From: Octopus sinensis
Taxonomy: Eukaryota
Assembly (NCBI RefSeq): GCF_006345805.1
Contig: NC_043002.1
Span: 88,908,001-88,972,000, forward strand
DNA: 64,000 nt
Direction of reading: 5' to 3'
Each line of letters starts with the position of its first letter. Position 1 is the first letter of the stretch. The notes under the pieces were generated by a model. The model was not told where the DNA came from. It was given only the letters and a program-made list of their open reading frames with translations, and did not search any database. Made by a program: the position numbers and the translations under genes. This document shows positions 11,915 to 24,695 of this stretch, piece by piece.

Positions 11915-12175
11915 TACTACTACTACTACTACTGCTGCTGCTACTACTGCTATTATTATTATTATTATTATATGAAAGCAGAAAGTTGGCAGATTCATTA
12001 GCATGCCAGGCAAAATGCTGAGTAGTATTTCATCCAAATTCTGCTGTGGTTGACTTTACTTTTGATATTTTCGGAATCAATAAAATAAATAGCAGTTGAA
12101 CACTGGAGTTGATGTAACTGACTTACCTCTCCCCCAAAATTGCTGACCTTGTGCCAAAATTTGAAACCAATATTT
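11686..12175 (+). mobile_element. Two head-to-tail old C-related SINEs (C2) separated by an (ATT)n(ACT)n(GCT)n tail
   Basis: Heads at about 11686 and 11975; shared GTACCAGTTGA...CTCCCC...CTTGTGCCAAAATTTGAAA body. Confidence 0.75.
11883..11971. repeat. Compound trinucleotide microsatellite (ATT)n-(ACT)n-(GCT)n-(ATT)n
   Basis: Direct reading. Confidence 0.95.
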
Positions 12176-12461
12176 AGTTTCTTAACATTCAAAGTCAATA
12201 GAACCGTACCAGTCATATGCTAGGGGTTATTCAATCAACTAAATACCATCATGCAAAAATATATTTACTTTAGTGCCAAATTCCTGGCTATAACAAGTTA
12301 ATGCTAACATCTTCCTTTGAACACTTTTTATAATCCTTTTATGAAAATTTACCTTCTTTAAGGGTGATCTAATTACAAAGGAAATGAGTAGAAAGCCAAA
12401 GTATAGAATTGTTGCACCTCAGTTTTTTTCAAAATATGTTGTTAGGTTGGACAAACTAGCA

Positions 12462-12464
<3 letters not shown>

Positions 12465-12499
<35 letters not shown>
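12465..12499. repeat. (CA)n microsatellite
   Basis: Direct reading. Confidence 0.95.
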
Positions 12500-12501
<2 letters not shown>

Positions 12502-12903
12502 CTTTTTAAACTTTAATTAAGTTCATGTCACATATATTGCCAAGACCCACTCAGTTTAAAAATTAATCTCTTATACATCATATAAAATAGACTCAACAAG
12601 ACAGAACATGTTAGACAGAGGAGATATTCTGTGTGGTTTATGCAACCAGCTAGGAAAATAGCAGCTAAACTACCCTCAATATTAGAAGAAAAAAAAAAAA
12701 AAGAAAGGGGAGAAAACTTTGGATAAAGTAGTTCTGAGCATGTGTGAATAAAAGATAGGATGGCCATGACTCAGTACAAGAACACATGGTTGGGAAGTAA
12801 GTTACTCAACCACATAACCATACCTGCACCTGTGTGCATGTGTGTGTGTGCACGTGTGTGTCTGTGTGCACACATTTATGTGTGTGCATATATCTATATA
12901 TAC

Positions 12904-13137
12904 CTATTTCTTTACTACCCACAAGGGGCTAAACACAGAGGGGACAAACAAGGACAGACAAAGCGATTAAGTCGATTACATTGACCCCAGTGCGTAACTG
13001 GTACTTATTTAATCGACCCCGAAAGGATGAAAGGCAAAGTCGACCTCGGCGGAATTTGAACTCAGAACATAACGGCAGACAAAATACGGCTATGCATTTC
13101 GCTCGGCGTGCTAAAGTTTCTGCCAGCTCACCGCCTT
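12904..13137 (-). mobile_element. SINE family C, full-length
   Basis: TSD ATATCTATATATAC at 12890-12903 and 13138-13151. Confidence 0.93.
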
Positions 13138-13704
13138 ATATCTATATATACTTAAGATCCTACACACCACCTTTATGCTAGTATGTATGCTAGTATACTT
13201 AGTAATAGTTATGTTGGCATGCGTGAGACCCTGTCAAACATTTCTCCCACATCTCATCCCTAACACCCGTTACTTCTCAATCAACCCAGCTGCTGTAATC
13301 ACCAACACTCTTAATGCCCTCACACATTTACCTTTACACCCCACTTACTGCAATGCCCTTGACCAATCAATCCTATACCTTTCACCCCCGCCCACTACAT
13401 GCATCTCTACCACATATCCCACCACGCCAACACACCATCCACTGTATCTTGAGATGTTCCAGCATCTCACCACTGCTTCTGTCTTCTTTCCAGCTCTCCA
13501 CTTACTCAGCCCTGCATCTCTATTACAAGCCATCTAAGTTTGTTTTTCCATCACACTCTTGCCTCTCAACACCTGGCATAAAGCCATCACTCCTCCCCTT
13601 CTCATATACATTTCCCCCCTCCTCATATAGTCAAGAAGGCATTCTCTTTCTTTTCTTCTTCACCTTATTTTTCTTTCTTCTTCTTGTTCCTTCCTTTCGT
13701 CTTG

Positions 13705-13915
13705 GAAGATACTTGGCAACCTCAGTGGTGCAGGTGGTACAAAAACAAAGCACTCAGTACACTCAGTGAAGTGGTCGACATTAGGAAGGACGTCTAGCCA
13801 CAGAATCCATGTCAACATTGACACTGAAGGTTGATGCAGCCTTACAACATGCAGGACCCAGCCAAACCATCCAACCCATGCCAGCATACAAAACAGACAT
13901 AAAATGATGATGGCA
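13705..13915 (+). mobile_element. Old B-related SINE tail
   Basis: CATTAGGAAGGACG...CCAACCCATGCCAGCAT...ATGATGATG. Confidence 0.6.
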
Positions 13916-14142
13916 ATCACACACACACACACACATATATATATATACACACACACACATGTGAAATTTGACTGGTGCTGCCACCTACTGTTGCTTTCAG
14001 AAAGAAACTTTGCTCAGAAATAGAAGGGAGGGACAAATTTCTCCTAAAGTGAGAGAACTGCTCAAGGTTTATATTCTTTTTTACTTTGTTATTATGTGAT
14101 ATTTTTTTCTTATGAGTGATATATATATATATATATATATAT

Positions 14143-14450
14143 CATGTGATCACATGACCGACCAGGCTATCAGGTGTTGCTACACATCGCTGGTCACAAT
14201 ATGCTTCGCATTGTTTTAGCCTTCATATGACACCACTCCGCTGGCTAAGCGAGCAGGCCAACAGAAGAAAGAGTGAGAGAAAGTTGTGGCAAAAGAGTAC
14301 AGCAGGGATCGCCACCACCTCCTGCCGGAGCCTCGTGGAGCTTTTAGGTGTTTTCACTCAATAAACACTCATAACGCTCGGTCTGGGAATCGAAACCACG
14401 ATCCTACGACCGCCAGTCTGCTGCTCTAACCACTGGGCCATTGCGCCTCC
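14143..14450 (-). mobile_element. SINE family F with tRNA-like head GGAGGCGCAATGGCCCAGTGGTTAG, inserted in (AT)n
   Basis: A box TGGCCCAGTGG and B box GGTTTCGATTCC on the minus strand; (AT)n on both sides. Confidence 0.8.
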
Positions 14451-15269
14451 ATATATATATATATATATAAAGAGAGTGACAGAAGCAATATTAATACCAA
14501 AAGGTAAAATATTCAACACTGTAAGGGTTGAGTAAGAAAACACAAATAATGCAATATTTACCAAGACAAAGCCCTCATATGGGTTTTTGGAGCTTAAAAG
14601 CACATCATAGCTTTCACCAGTGACAGACAATCACCACTACTTCACTGCCAGGACTACCAGATCATGTGATTTCAGCCTCATTTGGCCTTATCAATGGTAG
14701 ATACCTCAGCACTGGAAATAGTAGTCTAAGAATCCATAAGTTAGAAACAATATGCACTCATATATTTGTGAGACTGGGTACATCTAAGTTATACAACATT
14801 ATAGATCCATTTCAGCCAATTTCACAACTGAGTTTCGCACTGGATATTCAATAACTAGATAAAAGATAGCAGCACAGTTTACTTGTGATGCTGTTAGCTA
14901 ATATCCAATGCAAAACTAATCATTAAGATCAGCTGAAATGGATCTACACTAATGAATATTTTAATGTGTGTGTGTGTGTGTGTGTGTGTGTTTGTGATAT
15001 TACTATAGTAAAAGAATGCTGTGATGTTCATAAAAAATGTCATATAGAAAACCCAGAGTTGCAACAAATATAAGATCTGTTGAAATCGATCTACGCTTAC
15101 TTATACTTTCGTGTGTGTGTATGATATTAGTATAGTAATAAATGTTGTGGTGTTCATAAAAAATGTCATATGAAAAATCCAGAGTCGCAACAAACTGAAG
15201 GTTCAGTTTCAAATAAATAAATAAATAAACTCCTCCTCCTATAGCCACTGAATAGTCATTTTCTCTTAA

Positions 15270-15933
15270 CCCTTTAGCATTTAAACCAGCCATATATGAC
15301 CCAAATATTCCACCTGTTTTATGTTAAAACTGGTCAGATTGGGTCCCACACATCTGGCCTACAATGTCATTGTAAAGAGAAGCAGTCTCATCATCAGAAT
15401 CTTGAAACTACAAGATAATACCTGATTAATTCAAAACAATGTGAATAAATAGGTGCAGGAGTGGCTGTGTGGTAAGTAGCTTGCTTACGAATCACATGGT
15501 TCTGGGTACAGTCCCACTGCATGGTATCTTGGGCAAGTGTCTTCTACTATAGCCTCAGACTTACCAAAGCCTTGTGAGTGGATTTGGTAGACGGAAACTG
15601 AAAGATGTATGTATGTATGTATGTATGTATGTATGTATGCATGCATGAATGAATGAATGAATGAATGAATGTATGTGAATGTGTTTGTGTGTGTTTGTTC
15701 CCCCACCTTTGCTTGACAACTGATGCTGGTGTGTTTATGTACCCGTAACTTAGCAGTTCTGTAAAAGAGTCCGACAGAATAAGCACTTGGCTTACAAAGA
15801 ATAAGTCCTGGAGTCGATTTGTTCGACTAAAGGCACTGCTCCAGTATGGCCACAGTCAAATGACTGAAACAAATAATAGAGTAAAAGAGTAAAAGATCAT
15901 TACATTTGGCAGAGTTATCTGAATGCTAAAGGG
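15270..15933. mobile_element. piggyBac-like MITE (family 1) interrupted by SINE A
   Basis: TTAA at 15266-15269 and 15934-15937; 12-bp TIR CCCTTTAGCATT; body matches 17558-17776. Confidence 0.85.
15452..15896 (+). mobile_element. SINE family A, full-length, nested in MITE
   Basis: Head GGTGCAGGAGTGGCTGTGTGG, central (GTAT)n(GAAT)n, tail GAGTAAAAGAGTAAAAGA. Confidence 0.92.
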
Positions 15934-16649
15934 TTAATGCACATACACCCCACACAGAAATTTGTCCTTGACTGAAAAGTCAACAGTGTCACACCAAATG
16001 TAACTGCTCTTTCTAGGGCACAAGGTCCATGCCAAGCAATGTAAGGGAGATGCTGCCTGTACAGCAGGTTTCCCTCCCACTTGCCATTTCTCAAAAGCAG
16101 TAGTAAAAACCAAATGCAGGCCAAACATGATGTTCCAAGAGTTGAAAACACACATGTATAGTTATTGGTGACAACAATGATACTTGAGAAAATAATAACC
16201 TGTGAAACATAAACTTTAAAAAACAAATTGAAGCCATCAGTCATAACAAGCTTCGAAAAGTAAATTCTGTTTGTTAAAAATAACATTTGCTGAAACTAAT
16301 TAAAAATGGAAAAGAAACAAGTGTTGTCCATTTGATAAACTAGAACTTGATTTCTGTCAGATGATTGTTTTGGTAAAACAAGGAGTAGATTTATTATGAT
16401 AACTTTCTATCAAAACTGACAAGCTGTGTGTGTGTGTGTCTATGGGGGGAGGGGGAGAAGTTAATGCCAACCCATTGACAGGTATGTTGACTCAGCAATG
16501 ACATAACTACAACTGTGTAACTGTGTGTATGCGTGTGTGTGTGTGTGGTGTGTGTGTGTGTGTGTGTGTATTGAAAAGCACTTTGTAAGTTTTAAAAAAA
16601 TGATAGTAAAAAAAATTAGTATTATTATTCCAGCCTGTGTCTACAGCTG

Positions 16650-16710
16650 AGGATCAGAGGCAGATGTTTGCAGAAAAGACAACTGCATTGGTTTGGACAT
16701 GAAATGTGAA
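16650..16710 (+). pseudogene. Decayed RTE LINE ORF2 remnant
   Basis: Translates IRGRCLQKRQLHWFGHEM*, matching the R-R-L-R-W-F-G-H motif of RTE C-termini. Confidence 0.5.
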
Positions 16711-17557
16711 GGAGCAATGCAGACTCAGTAATGGTAGTGGTGGTGGTGGTGGGTGCTTATGTTGAAGACAGACTTCATTTGGTTCTATGACACAAAACTT
16801 ATTTTATTGAATTACGTATTTAAATTTAAACCTATCGTAATTCTATGTAAGAACCTTTTATTAAATTATGTTCGAAAACACTGGCTTGACAATGGAAAAA
16901 TATTGTTTATTTTAAAAAGTAATCGATATTCACTGTCTGGTATATTGCGTAATAATGGTCACAAAAAGGTGAAGTCAGGGCTGAAGATATTTCATTTGCC
17001 AGATGTGGTGACAAAAGATTCAGAAGAATGGGGACCAGAGTAGTATATACTTTTCAACTCACACCACAATGGAAAAACATGTTAAAACAACGAAGAATAT
17101 GATGAAGGCATCAGTATTAATGACAACATGAAGAAGGAAAGATATTAGCATTTAAAACTTGACATTTTTTTTTATATCTTAAATTAGTTTTCTTATACAT
17201 AAATATATGTATGGCAAAAAGTTTACTCTTTTCATTTTTTGTATAAGTCTAAGTCTCTTTCCTGGAGATAAGGCCAGGCAATTGTCATGCTGATAAGGGC
17301 TATTGAGCCACAAACATATGTCCACAACTGTCCTCTTATCTCCAGGTTATAAGCCTGTCCTTTTCCACACTGGCATGTCAACTTTGGAGAATTCTTGATT
17401 CTTGAGATTATCTCCCCTCTTGAAGTGAAGCTGGTCATAATTGCCATTTGATAATTATGATACATCCACTAGGTGTGGAGATAATTTTAATAAATCAAGA
17501 ACGTATATAGTATGGTATTGTCTATATTTCTCAAATATATGCCACTGGCCACTTTAA

Positions 17558-17776
17558 CCCTTTAGTATTTAAACCGGCCATATCCGGCCAAAATAGTTAA
17601 TCTGTTTTATGTTCAAACTGACCAAATCCAGGCCCTCACACCTACCCTACAATGTTATTCTACATTAAGTAATTACACCTTCAAGATCTTGAAGATATGA
17701 GATAATGCATGATTAATTCAAATCAATGGGAATCAATAGTCATTATGTTTGATTCAATAATCTGAACACTAAAGGG
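17558..17776. mobile_element. piggyBac-like MITE (family 1), intact, 219 bp
   Basis: TTAA at 17554-17557 and 17777-17780; TIR CCCTTTAGTRTT. Confidence 0.88.
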
Positions 17777-17853
17777 TTAAGTTATTTCTCTTTGCTCATT
17801 TTCGCTTTTATTTATTTATTCACAGATAGATAGACATCGTATTATGTATTATG

Positions 17854-17911
17854 TATATATATATAATATATATATATATATAAATATAAATATATATATA
17901 TATAAATATAA

Positions 17912-17944
<33 letters not shown>

Positions 17945-17986
17945 AATATAAATATATATATATATAAATAAATAATATATATATAA

Positions 17987-18031
<45 letters not shown>

Positions 18032-18544
18032 TAAAATATATAGATATATAAATATAAATATATATAAATATAAATATATATATATATAAATATAAATATA
18101 TATAATATAAATATATATATATATAAATATAAAATATATATATATAAATATAAATATATATATATATAATATAAATATAATATATATAATATAAATATAT
18201 ATATATATATAAATATATAAATATATAAATATAAATATATATATAAATATAAATATTATATATATTAAATATATATATATAAATATAATATATTAATATA
18301 TTATAAATATTAATATATATATAAATATAATATATATATAAATATAAATATAAATATATATATAAATATAATATATATATATATATATATAATATATATT
18401 CTATATATATAAATATAATATTATATATATATATAAATATATAATATATATATATTAAATATATATATTATATAATCATATAAATATATATATATAATAT
18501 ATATAAAATAATATATATATATATATATATAATATATATAATAT

Positions 18545-18579
<35 letters not shown>

Positions 18580-18624
18580 AAATATAATATATATATAAAT
18601 ATAAATATATAATATATAAATAAT

Positions 18625-18659
<35 letters not shown>

Positions 18660-18699
18660 AATATATAATTATATATATAAATATATATATATAATATAT

Positions 18700-18743
<44 letters not shown>

Positions 18744-18954
18744 ATATATATATTATATTATATATATAAATATATATATATTATATAAATATATAATATA
18801 ATATATAATATATACTAATATATATATATATATAAATATATATATTATATATATAATAATATATATATATATATATAATAAAATATATATATATATATAT
18901 AAATATATATAATATATTATAAATATATATATATATATAATATAAATATATATT

Positions 18955-19005
<51 letters not shown>

Positions 19006-19089
19006 AATATAAATATATAATATAAATAAAATATATATATATATAAATAAATATATATATATAATATATATAAATATAAATATAAATAT

Positions 19090-19122
<33 letters not shown>

Positions 19123-19201
19123 TAGAAATATTATATATATATATATAAATATATATATATAATATAAAAATATAAAATATATATATATAAATATAAATAT
19201 T

Positions 19202-19232
<31 letters not shown>

Positions 19233-19255
19233 AATATTATATATATATAATATAT

Positions 19256-19288
<33 letters not shown>

Positions 19289-19422
19289 AATATAATATTA
19301 TATATTAAATATATATATATATATATATATAAATATATATATATAAATATATATATATAAATATATATATAAAAATATATATATATATTATATAATATAT
19401 AATATATAAAATATAAATAATT
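17854..19422. repeat. About 1.57-kb degenerate (AT)n/(ATATAAAT)n array
   Basis: Almost exclusively A/T; only a handful of C/G (e.g. near 18042, 18401, 18478, 18815, 19124). Confidence 0.97.
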
Positions 19423-19820
19423 CAAAACATGTGTGGAGAGAGAGAGGGGGGAGGTGGGGGAAGGGAGGGAGAGAGAATATGTGAGAGACAGAAAAGAAAA
19501 AAGATAGGAAGAGATATAATTAATGAGATTCAAATACCAAACCCACAAAAACAAATAAAATGTTTATAAATACAATGTCATTACTGAAACATTTATGCAA
19601 ATGAGTCAAATCTTCACTTGAATAGGATTTTCCCAGATGAACTGTCAGCTTTACATCAGCCAGGTGAAATGAGACAAAAACAGTACACACACACACACAC
19701 ATACACACACTGAAATGTCAGCAACAGAAACTTTCCATTGATGGTATTTTTTTTTTTGTTACTGATGTGCTGGGAATAACTTATTTAGTCAGTCATCCAT
19801 TTAAATAATTTATATATTAT

Positions 19821-19863
<43 letters not shown>

Positions 19864-19924
19864 CATCAAAGGGTAAAGTCAGTAAAAAACCAGTTGTCCC
19901 TTAATACGATTGTGTGAAAACATG

Positions 19925-20085
19925 TGAAGTAACGGTCACTGCATAGAGCTCACAACCTCATGCTCGTAAGGTTGTGTGTTTATTTTCTGGACCAGATGAC
20001 ATGCTGCATCCTTGAGCATGTTACTTCGTTTACATTGCTCCCAGCTACTCAGCTGAAACGAGTACCAGTTAGAGATACTGGCACA
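19925..20085 (+). mobile_element. Old D/E-type SINE fragment
   Basis: CCTTGAGCATG...TTGCTCCCAGCTACTCAGCTG...GAGTACCAG core. Confidence 0.55.
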
Positions 20086-20088
20086 TTA

Positions 20089-20318
20089 CCTATTTCTTTA
20101 CTACCCACAAGGGGCTAAACACAGAGGGGACAAACAAGGACAGACACACGGATTAAATCGATTATATCGACCCCAGTGCGTAACTGGTGCTTAATTTATC
20201 GACCCCAAAAGGATGAAAGGCAAAGTTGACCTCGGTGGAATTTTGAACTCAGAACATAACAGCAGACGAAATACAGCTAAGCATTTCGCCCGGCGTGCTA
20301 ACGTTTCTGCCAGCTCAT
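20089..20318 (-). mobile_element. SINE family C
   Basis: Same body and tail as 7636-7867. Confidence 0.9.
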
Positions 20319-20584
20319 TACCCCCCCCCAAAAAAAAAAACTGTTGCATGCTGAATGTTCCACTAGATAAGAGGTGAAAGGACCAAGAGTGTCTATGTGT
20401 GCTCGTGACTACATAGTCATAGTTACCTATAACAATTAGGAAAAGCATCATACACGATACATAATACAGACTATAATCCAGTAGACACTGTATCTAGCAT
20501 ATTATATTTACTATGTCTAGTATATGTCTTGTATGCAATATATTATATATCTGGTATATAATATATGTAAGAAAGGGTACCCCA

Positions 20585-20763
20585 CCCCACCTCGGTCATG
20601 AATGACCATGGGATTACCCAGTCCAGGCAAGGTTGTTTATGGAAGACCAGCAGTCGCCCAGACACACCAGCCTCCTCTCTCCACACCACTCACGCTACCC
20701 AATGGAAAGGCAAAGGCAAAGGCCAATACAGCTTGGCACCAGTGACGTTGCAACTCATTTCTA
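20585..20763 (-). mobile_element. SINE family E, 3' half
   Basis: Reverse complement of the 48860-49060 tail (GGTTGTTTATGGAAGACCAGCAGTCGCCC). Confidence 0.8.
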
Positions 20764-20764
20764 T

Positions 20765-21190
20765 ACCAGCATGGATTGGACAGTTTGATAGGATCCAATA
20801 CACTGGAGGACTGCATTGAGCTCTGTTTGCTTTGGTATGGTTTCTATGGCTAGAGACCCTTCATGACATCATCTGCTTTACAGAATGTATTCAGTGCCCC
20901 CCCCCCCGACACCATCCTATGTTTTATTCACACATACCACGATCGGTTGGTGCTTTTTACGTGCCACCAGCACGGTGCCAGGCGAGGCTGGCAATGGCCA
21001 CGATCGGTTGATGTTTTTTACATGCCACTGGCACGGAGGCCAGTCGGAGCGGCACTGGCAACGGCCATGTTCGGATGGTTCTTTTACATGTCACCAGCAC
21101 TGATATCACAACTACAATTTCCATTGATTTTTGAGCGATTTCTATTTCGATTTCGATTTCGATTCCGATTTCACTTGCCTCAACAGGTCT
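20765..21190 (-). mobile_element. SINE-like family B, diverged
   Basis: Three modules at 20945-21105; internal (ATTTCG)n at about 21146-21170. Confidence 0.8.
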
Positions 21191-22273
21191 TTTCTCTGTT
21201 TATTTGCCAATCACTTTACAGAATGTACTAAGTGCATTTTATCATGGTGGCAGCACCAGAGAGGCTGCAAAGACCTCTCAACCTTATGTTTTCTCTGTTA
21301 CACTTGCTAACCACTCTACAAATTGCATCAGGGGCATTTTGTTGTGACAGTATTAAGATATTGATAAATGTATGTACAATTATGCAGGCTAGGTTTGTTT
21401 CAAAATATTTTGCAGCAGATTTCAAACTGTCTTCAATAATTTCACTTTGAAAATTAGTGTAAATTAGTCAAGAAAAGCCAACACTGAGTAAAATCTTCCT
21501 CATATTTTTAGAAGTAACTTCTTGATATCAACCCAACTTAAGACCACTACTGGTTCAACAATACAGAATCACCTGCTTTTAAAATGCTTATATATTTAAA
21601 TTAAACTCTTCCTTCATCATGTTATGTAAAATCTTTGATTAAGTTATGCTTAAAAGCCCAATCAACAATGAGCTGAGCGAACATTTACTTGGTTGCTCAA
21701 CCTGCTAGAAACAACAGCCAAATCTCCTTCAAAATCTCACATCTTGAAAAAGAGAAAAAAAAACAATACACAGGTCACTGTTGTTCTAGATAATAAAAAA
21801 AAGGAAATGGTCATGCCAATGATCATGTCTAGAATGCTTTTAACCTGCTTAATCAAGTCTGATCTACAGCTAAACAACAACAGCTATATTTAATGAAACA
21901 CATTACCAATGTATTTTGTTCATGAAAGTTAATTAGTACTTTAATACATAAATGTTAAGTCAGTACTATTGTCGCCTTTCGTTTGCAATGTTTTCATATT
22001 CTGACAAAAATATTCCTGAATTTTATCCCCATGACAACTAACGAAAGCAAAAGAGGAAGTTTGGGAAGCAATCAACCGATGTGAGTGATTGTCAGAAGTG
22101 CATGTAAATACAATGGTCAGTTTCCAAACAAGACAATTGAGCTAATAATAATGATTTCTAACTTCAGTTGAATAGCATAGATTTTGTGGAAAAGGTATAA
22201 TTTAATTGAACAGATTTGACTTTATCAACACAATTCACTTGATTTCAACTCAGAATGCAATAAGATATATTAA

Positions 22274-22497
22274 CCCTTTCGTTACGGTATTTATTTTGAA
22301 ATGCTCTGTGTTTCTTTCAATTACTTTAAATATAACAAAGAATTTATTAAAATAACTTAGTTATCATTAAGCTAGTGTTAGAAACATAAATTGTGACTAA
22401 GGTTTGGTGGAAGATTTTAATTCAAAACTTACGTATGAAAACCAGACATTTGTACTCAGAGCCAGAGCCGATTTCAGCCGGGTTGGTAACGAAAGGG
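22274..22497. mobile_element. piggyBac-like MITE (family 2), intact, 224 bp
   Basis: TTAA at 22270-22273 and 22498-22501; perfect 12-bp TIR CCCTTTCGTTAC/GTAACGAAAGGG. Confidence 0.9.
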
Positions 22498-22836
22498 TTA
22501 ATAAATGGTACAAGAGATTTGGTCTAACACTACCATTTCAGCTTATCCCTGAGATGGTAATTATCTTTTTGGATTTCTGTTGTTTCAATACTTTTCCCCA
22601 ACATTGTGCCGATGTATGTGGATGTGGACACACACACACACACACACACACATACACAAATTGATAAAATATCACCCAAGGACACATTTCTTGCTAGTTC
22701 ATATTGCCAGAAACAGATAATATAAAACATAAAGTTCATTACTACAACAAGCAATTAAATCATTTCATAAAGTTAAAAACTTCAGTCAGTCAGTAACTAT
22801 TGAAATTAATCACGTACACAGGTTTTCATAATTTAC

Positions 22837-22852
22837 CTATTTTATCTAAAAC
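22837..22852 (-). CDS. Weak candidate 16-nt microexon (VLDKI)
   Basis: Acceptor TTTTTTTTTCTCAG|, donor TAG|GTAAAT; only the phase-0 frame is open; such matches arise by chance. Confidence 0.15.
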
Positions 22853-23571
22853 CTGAGAAAAAAAAACTGAACAGAAAAAGTAATTCTAACCAGGAAATGA
22901 ACAAAAAAATATGTGGCTTGCAGTGTTCACTCAGGCAGATATTACTAAATATCATTGGTCCTTCTCAGAACAAAAAGAGAATTTTCTCTGCATCAATAGA
23001 AGCCATAAAGCATTTTTTTATTGAATGGGGCAAGGTACAATGGAACTTTAAATTTTTGACAATTTAGTTTCTATGCTATGATAAGTGAAAAGATATTTAT
23101 TGGGTCAATGGTTACATAACAGGATGTCCGGCTTACACCTCTCTCTCCTATAGATCAAAAGTCGAACCTGATATAATTAGAAATATAATTTTTTTTCCCT
23201 GGGAAATGTGAATTTTTGTTCATGTAGTCAGTGATTCATTACCATCATTTTATAATTGAAATAAAGAGGTATACAAAAGTCTCAAAAATATTTTTCATAC
23301 AAAAATAAATTTCTGTATTATCAAAAGAGTGAATTTAATAGTTATTGCAGCTCTTTTAACATTTGACTAGTCAGTTTAAAAACAAAATGAAAATCGAATA
23401 CAGGGTTCTTGCTAGTACCACAATTTTCTTAAGAATGACAATAAAAGCCATACCAAGAACATGAGAAAAACACAATTTCAGTTTTATTGATGAAATCCGT
23501 TTCCAAAATAAATTTCTTGAAGATTGAAACCATCAAATTTCAAATCAGATATTTTAACTTCTGTGAAATGT

Positions 23572-23947
23572 TTACTCTTTTACTTGTTTCAGTCATTTGA
23601 CTGCAGCCATGCTGGAGCACCACCTTTAGTCGAGGAAATCGACCCCAGGACTTATTCTTTGGAAGCCTAGTACTTATTCTATCGGCCTCTTTTGCCGAAC
23701 AGCTAAGTTACGGGGATGTAAACACACCAGCATCAGTTGTCAAGCGATGTTGGGGGGACAAACACAGACACATATATATACATATATTTGACAGGCTTCT
23801 TTCAGTTTCCGTCTACCAAATCCACTCACAAAGCTTTGGTCAGCCCGAGGCTATAGTAGAAGACACTTGCCCAAGGTGCCACGCAGTGGGACTGAACCTG
23901 GAACCATGTGGTTGGTAAGCAAGCTACTTACCACACAGCCACTCCTG
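23572..23947 (-). mobile_element. SINE family A, near full-length
   Basis: Head, body and tail match other A copies. Confidence 0.92.
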
Positions 23948-24228
23948 TTTCTCAATGTTTTGCATCTTTTGTATCTTTGATAGCTAATTAACTAAAGAAA
24001 CCTCAATCCAAAGGAAGGAGTAAAAGAAGGAAAAAAAGACAATTTTGCAGTTGGTTGATTTAGGAATCTTTGAGAAACAAAATTGTGTAAAAATGAAATT
24101 TTGAAACATTAATTTGATATATTCCACGAGTACCTTATCTAAATAATAGTTTCTTATATCAGTAGTAAGCACTCCTCAGCACATTCCTGCTACCTCTGTA
24201 CTAAGGTTGATCCATTTGACTATCTCCT

Positions 24229-24695
24229 ACCTATGAAAAGATGTGACGTTAAGCTGGTACAAGCAATCAGGATTTCTCACACCTATGAAAAGATGTGACA
24301 TTAAGCTGGTACAAGCAATCAGGATTTTTCACACCTATGAAAAGATGTGACGTTAAGCTGGTACAAGCAATCAGGATTTCTCACACCTATGAAAAGATGT
24401 GACGTTAAGCTGGTACAAGCAATCAGGATTTCTCACACCTATGAAAAGATGTGACATTAAGCTGGTACAAGCAATCAGGATTTCTCACACCTATGAAAAG
24501 ATGTGACGTTAAGCTGGTACAAGCAATCAGGATTTCTCACACCTATGAAAAGATGTGACGTTAAGCTGGTACAAGCAATCAGGATTTCTCACACCTATGA
24601 AAAGATGTGACATTAAGCTGGTACAAGCAATCAGGATTTCTCACACCTATGAAAAGATGTGACGTTAAGCTGGTACAAGCAATCGGGATTTCTCA
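24229..24695. repeat. Minisatellite, 9 x 52 bp (CACCTATGAAAAGATGTGACRTTAAGCTGGTACAAGCAATCAGGATTTCTCA)
   Basis: CTATGAAAAG recurs exactly every 52 bp from 24231 to 24647. Confidence 0.98.

Noticed and set aside
11883-11971. Poly-Ile/Val/Ala membrane-like ORF (11834-12037)
   Set aside because: Translation of a SINE-tail trinucleotide microsatellite
24229-24695. CRISPR-like array
   Set aside because: Units are contiguous with no unique spacers; eukaryotic context and no cas genes
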